NCBI GenBank assembly: GCA_902609095.1
Contig: CACLQQ010000003.1
Location: 2,582 to 66,581, forward strand
DNA length: 64,000 bases
Direction of reading: 5' to 3'
From: an uncultured Bacteroidota bacterium
GTDB taxonomy: Bacteria; Bacteroidota; Bacteroidia; Chitinophagales; Saprospiraceae
Under the pieces are notes generated by a model. That model was not told the origin of the DNA. It ran no database searches and saw nothing but the letters and a program-made list of their open reading frames with translations. The position numbers and the translations under genes are program-made. This document shows positions 62,031 through 64,000 of the stretch, in pieces (the first letter of the stretch is position 1; every line of letters starts with the position of its first letter).

Positions 62031-63036
62031 CGAGTTTTAGTCTGGGTTGTGGGGTAATATCTAAGGTAGCGAAATCTTCTTTCAAATATTTGTAATAAGC
62101 AGCAATTCCTATCATGGCAGCATTATCGGTACAATAATCAATCTTGGGGATGTATGTATCCCACTCTTTTTCGTCAGTGTGATTTTCTAAGGCCTTTCTC
62201 AACCCGCTATTAGCAGATACTCCCCCAGCTATGGTAATTCTGTTTATACCATATTCATTAGAAGCCTTTATCACTTTATCCATTAGTGATTGAACGATTA
62301 CTGATTGGACAGAGCAACATACGTCTGACAGATTGTCCTGTATAAAGTCTGGATTTAATTTCTTCTGGTCTCTTAGGAAATATAGTACTGCAGTTTTCAG
62401 ACCGCTATAGCTAAATTCATATCCCTTTAGGTTGGGTTTGGGGAATTTGTATTTTGGTTTGCCTTCTTTGGCCAGTTTATCAATAATTGGTCCAGCGGGA
62501 TATGATAGCCCCAGATACTTTCCGATTTTATCAAATGCTTCTCCTGCTGCATCGTCCCTGGTTTCGCCCAAAATCTCCATCTCATGAAAATCATGAACAA
62601 TTATAAGCTGAGTGTGCCCTCCGGATACGGTTAGGCATAGGAAAGGGAATTGGGGTTTTGGATCCTCTATGAAATGCGCCATGATATGGGCTTCCATGTG
62701 ATTTACAGTGATTAAGGGAATATCTAAGCTCATTGCGAGCGTCTTGGCGAACGAGCAACCAACTAATAGACTTCCGAGTAGACCTGGCCCGACGGTAAAT
62801 GCAATTGCATCTAATTGAGTGACATCTATCCCAGCTTGAGCAAGAGCCTGATCAACAACTGGAATAATATGCTCTTCATGCTTACGAGAGGCTAATTCTG
62901 GAACTACACCTCCATATTGCTCATGGACTTTCTGATTGGCAGTTAGATTCGATAATAATTGAGAGCCATGAAATATGGCAGCACCTGTATCATCACAAGA
63001 GGACTCTATTGCCAATATATAGGGGCTTTGATTCAT
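62023..63036 (-). CDS. tsaD: tRNA N6-adenosine threonylcarbamoyltransferase
   Basis: LAIESSCDDT, GGVVPELASR, HMEAH, VSGGHT, DDAAGEAFDK, TDNAAMI. The start may lie up to 63054. Confidence 0.97.
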   Translation of the reverse strand: MNQSPYILAIESSCDDTGAAIFHGSQLLSNLTANQKVHEQYGGVVPELASRKHEEHIIPVVDQALAQAGIDVTQLDAIAFTVGPGLLGSLLVGCSFAKTLAMSLDIPLITVNHMEAHIMAHFIEDPKPQFPFLCLTVSGGHTQLIIVHDFHEMEILGETRDDAAGEAFDKIGKYLGLSYPAGPIIDKLAKEGKPKYKFPKPNLKGYEFSYSGLKTAVLYFLRDQKKLNPDFIQDNLSDVCCSVQSVIVQSLMDKVIKASNEYGINRITIAGGVSANSGLRKALENHTDEKEWDTYIPKIDYCTDNAAMIGIAAYYKYLKEDFATLDITPQPRLKLAT

Positions 63037-63191
63037 GTTACTCATCTTTTTCAATATCAGAAGGATATATTTTTTGGAAAAATATTAATATTGTGAGCAG
63101 TGGCGCACCATAATGGTGATTATTGTCATCCATTGTGTATTATGCACTCGAGATCGAAGGATATACCAACACATTAATTAATAACTGAAGA

Positions 63192-63773
63192 ATGAAATAC
63201 GTAGTTAACTTGGTCATTATTGCTTTAATAGCCCTTCTTGCTTATGCTTTAGTCGAGGGTATCCAAGAACCAATTAAGTTTAAGGCCGAACAGTTAAAGA
63301 GAAAGACTGCCGTGACAACAAAATTACAGCAGATAAGAACAGCTCAAGAATTATACAGGGAGATAACAGGAGAGTTTGCAGGTACTTTTGATACTTTATC
63401 TTATGTCCTCAAAACAGATTCTATTCCATCTATAAGATTGGAGGCGGATCCAGAAGATCCTACAAATGAGGACAAATACATCAAGATTGTAACATACACA
63501 TCAGCGTTTGATAGTATCAAAGCTATGGAAATAGATCTGGATGACTTAGCTACAGTACCGTACAGTACTAATGCCAAGTTTGAAATGATGGCTGATACAA
63601 CTACCTACCAGAGTACACTCGTACCTGTCATGGAGTGTATGACTAGATACAAAGAGTTCATGGGCCCTTTTGCAGACCCGAGATATGCACAGTATGATGA
63701 CACTTATAACCCAGGTGCAAGAATTGGATTTGGAAGTATGTCTTCACCTAACTTAGAGGGTAATTGGAATTAG
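63192..63773 (+). CDS. Conserved Bacteroidota membrane-anchored hypothetical protein
   Basis: N-terminal TM helix, IQEPIKF, LQQIRTAQ, C-terminal GSM…GNW. Confidence 0.75.
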   Translation: MKYVVNLVIIALIALLAYALVEGIQEPIKFKAEQLKRKTAVTTKLQQIRTAQELYREITGEFAGTFDTLSYVLKTDSIPSIRLEADPEDPTNEDKYIKIVTYTSAFDSIKAMEIDLDDLATVPYSTNAKFEMMADTTTYQSTLVPVMECMTRYKEFMGPFADPRYAQYDDTYNPGARIGFGSMSSPNLEGNWN

Positions 63774-64000
63774 ATCTCATTGAGTATAAGGCTTCGGCTT
63801 CTATAAATAAAGATATATCTTATGAACTGTCTGCATTAATCAATGCGGACAGTCTTTTTTATGGGGTATTTGATTACGCCAAGACCCTTATTTGGGCAGC
63901 AAATATTCCACTCTCGAGAATTGGTCTTCTAAGAGAAGAACTGAGTAAAAATGATATTAGCATACGGAAGTTCAAGGCTGGTTACTATTCAACTCATTAT
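63764..64000 (+). CDS. DUF3822-like protein, N-terminal part (runs off the right edge); not in the ORF track
   Basis: TTG start overlapping the previous gene: MELDLIEYKASASINKDISYELSALINADSLFYGVFD…; the frame stays open to the window end. Confidence 0.65.
   Translation, partial: MELDLIEYKASASINKDISYELSALINADSLFYGVFDYAKTLIWAANIPLSRIGLLREELSKNDISIRKFKAGYYSTHY

Overview
A 64-kb, AT-rich, gene-dense piece of a Bacteroidota chromosome. The phylum is supported by TAnnTTTG promoter boxes, a T9SS C-terminal domain and the rpmB-rpmG-DUF4295-ftsY order; Saprospiraceae-like is my inference. Most genes are housekeeping: lipA, dapF, etfBA, ltaE, lepA, ftsY, rpmG, rpmB, tRNA-Arg(ACG), lepB, udk, rimM, ddl, GH65/pgmB, a PhoPR-like two-component system, folP, tamB, aroC, mutS2 and tsaD. 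The main accessory block is a surface-glycan locus at about 5.8-19.9 kb. It holds a YfhO GT-C protein, GT2/GT8 enzymes, DUF5672, a WbsX/GH99-like protein, four methyltransferases, an O-acetyltransferase and a PglK/MsbA-like ABC flippase, with two genes on the opposite strand and head-to-head start codons at zero spacing (CATATG). Other notable points: an NfeD-like gene upstream of flotillin is broken at a G9 run followed 7 nt later by a perfect 11-bp hairpin (recoding, phase variation or sequencing error); a second homopolymer frameshift lies upstream of rimM; there is a stand-alone GlmS glutaminase-like domain missing its catalytic residues, a decayed alkyl-DHAP-synthase-like pseudogene, and candidate leaderless mRNAs. 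Four ORFs are missing from the supplied track: an amidase, DUF4295/bL38, DUF3822 and a 36-aa membrane peptide. I saw no CRISPR array, transposase, integrase or prophage. Family calls come from motif recognition by eye, not database searches.
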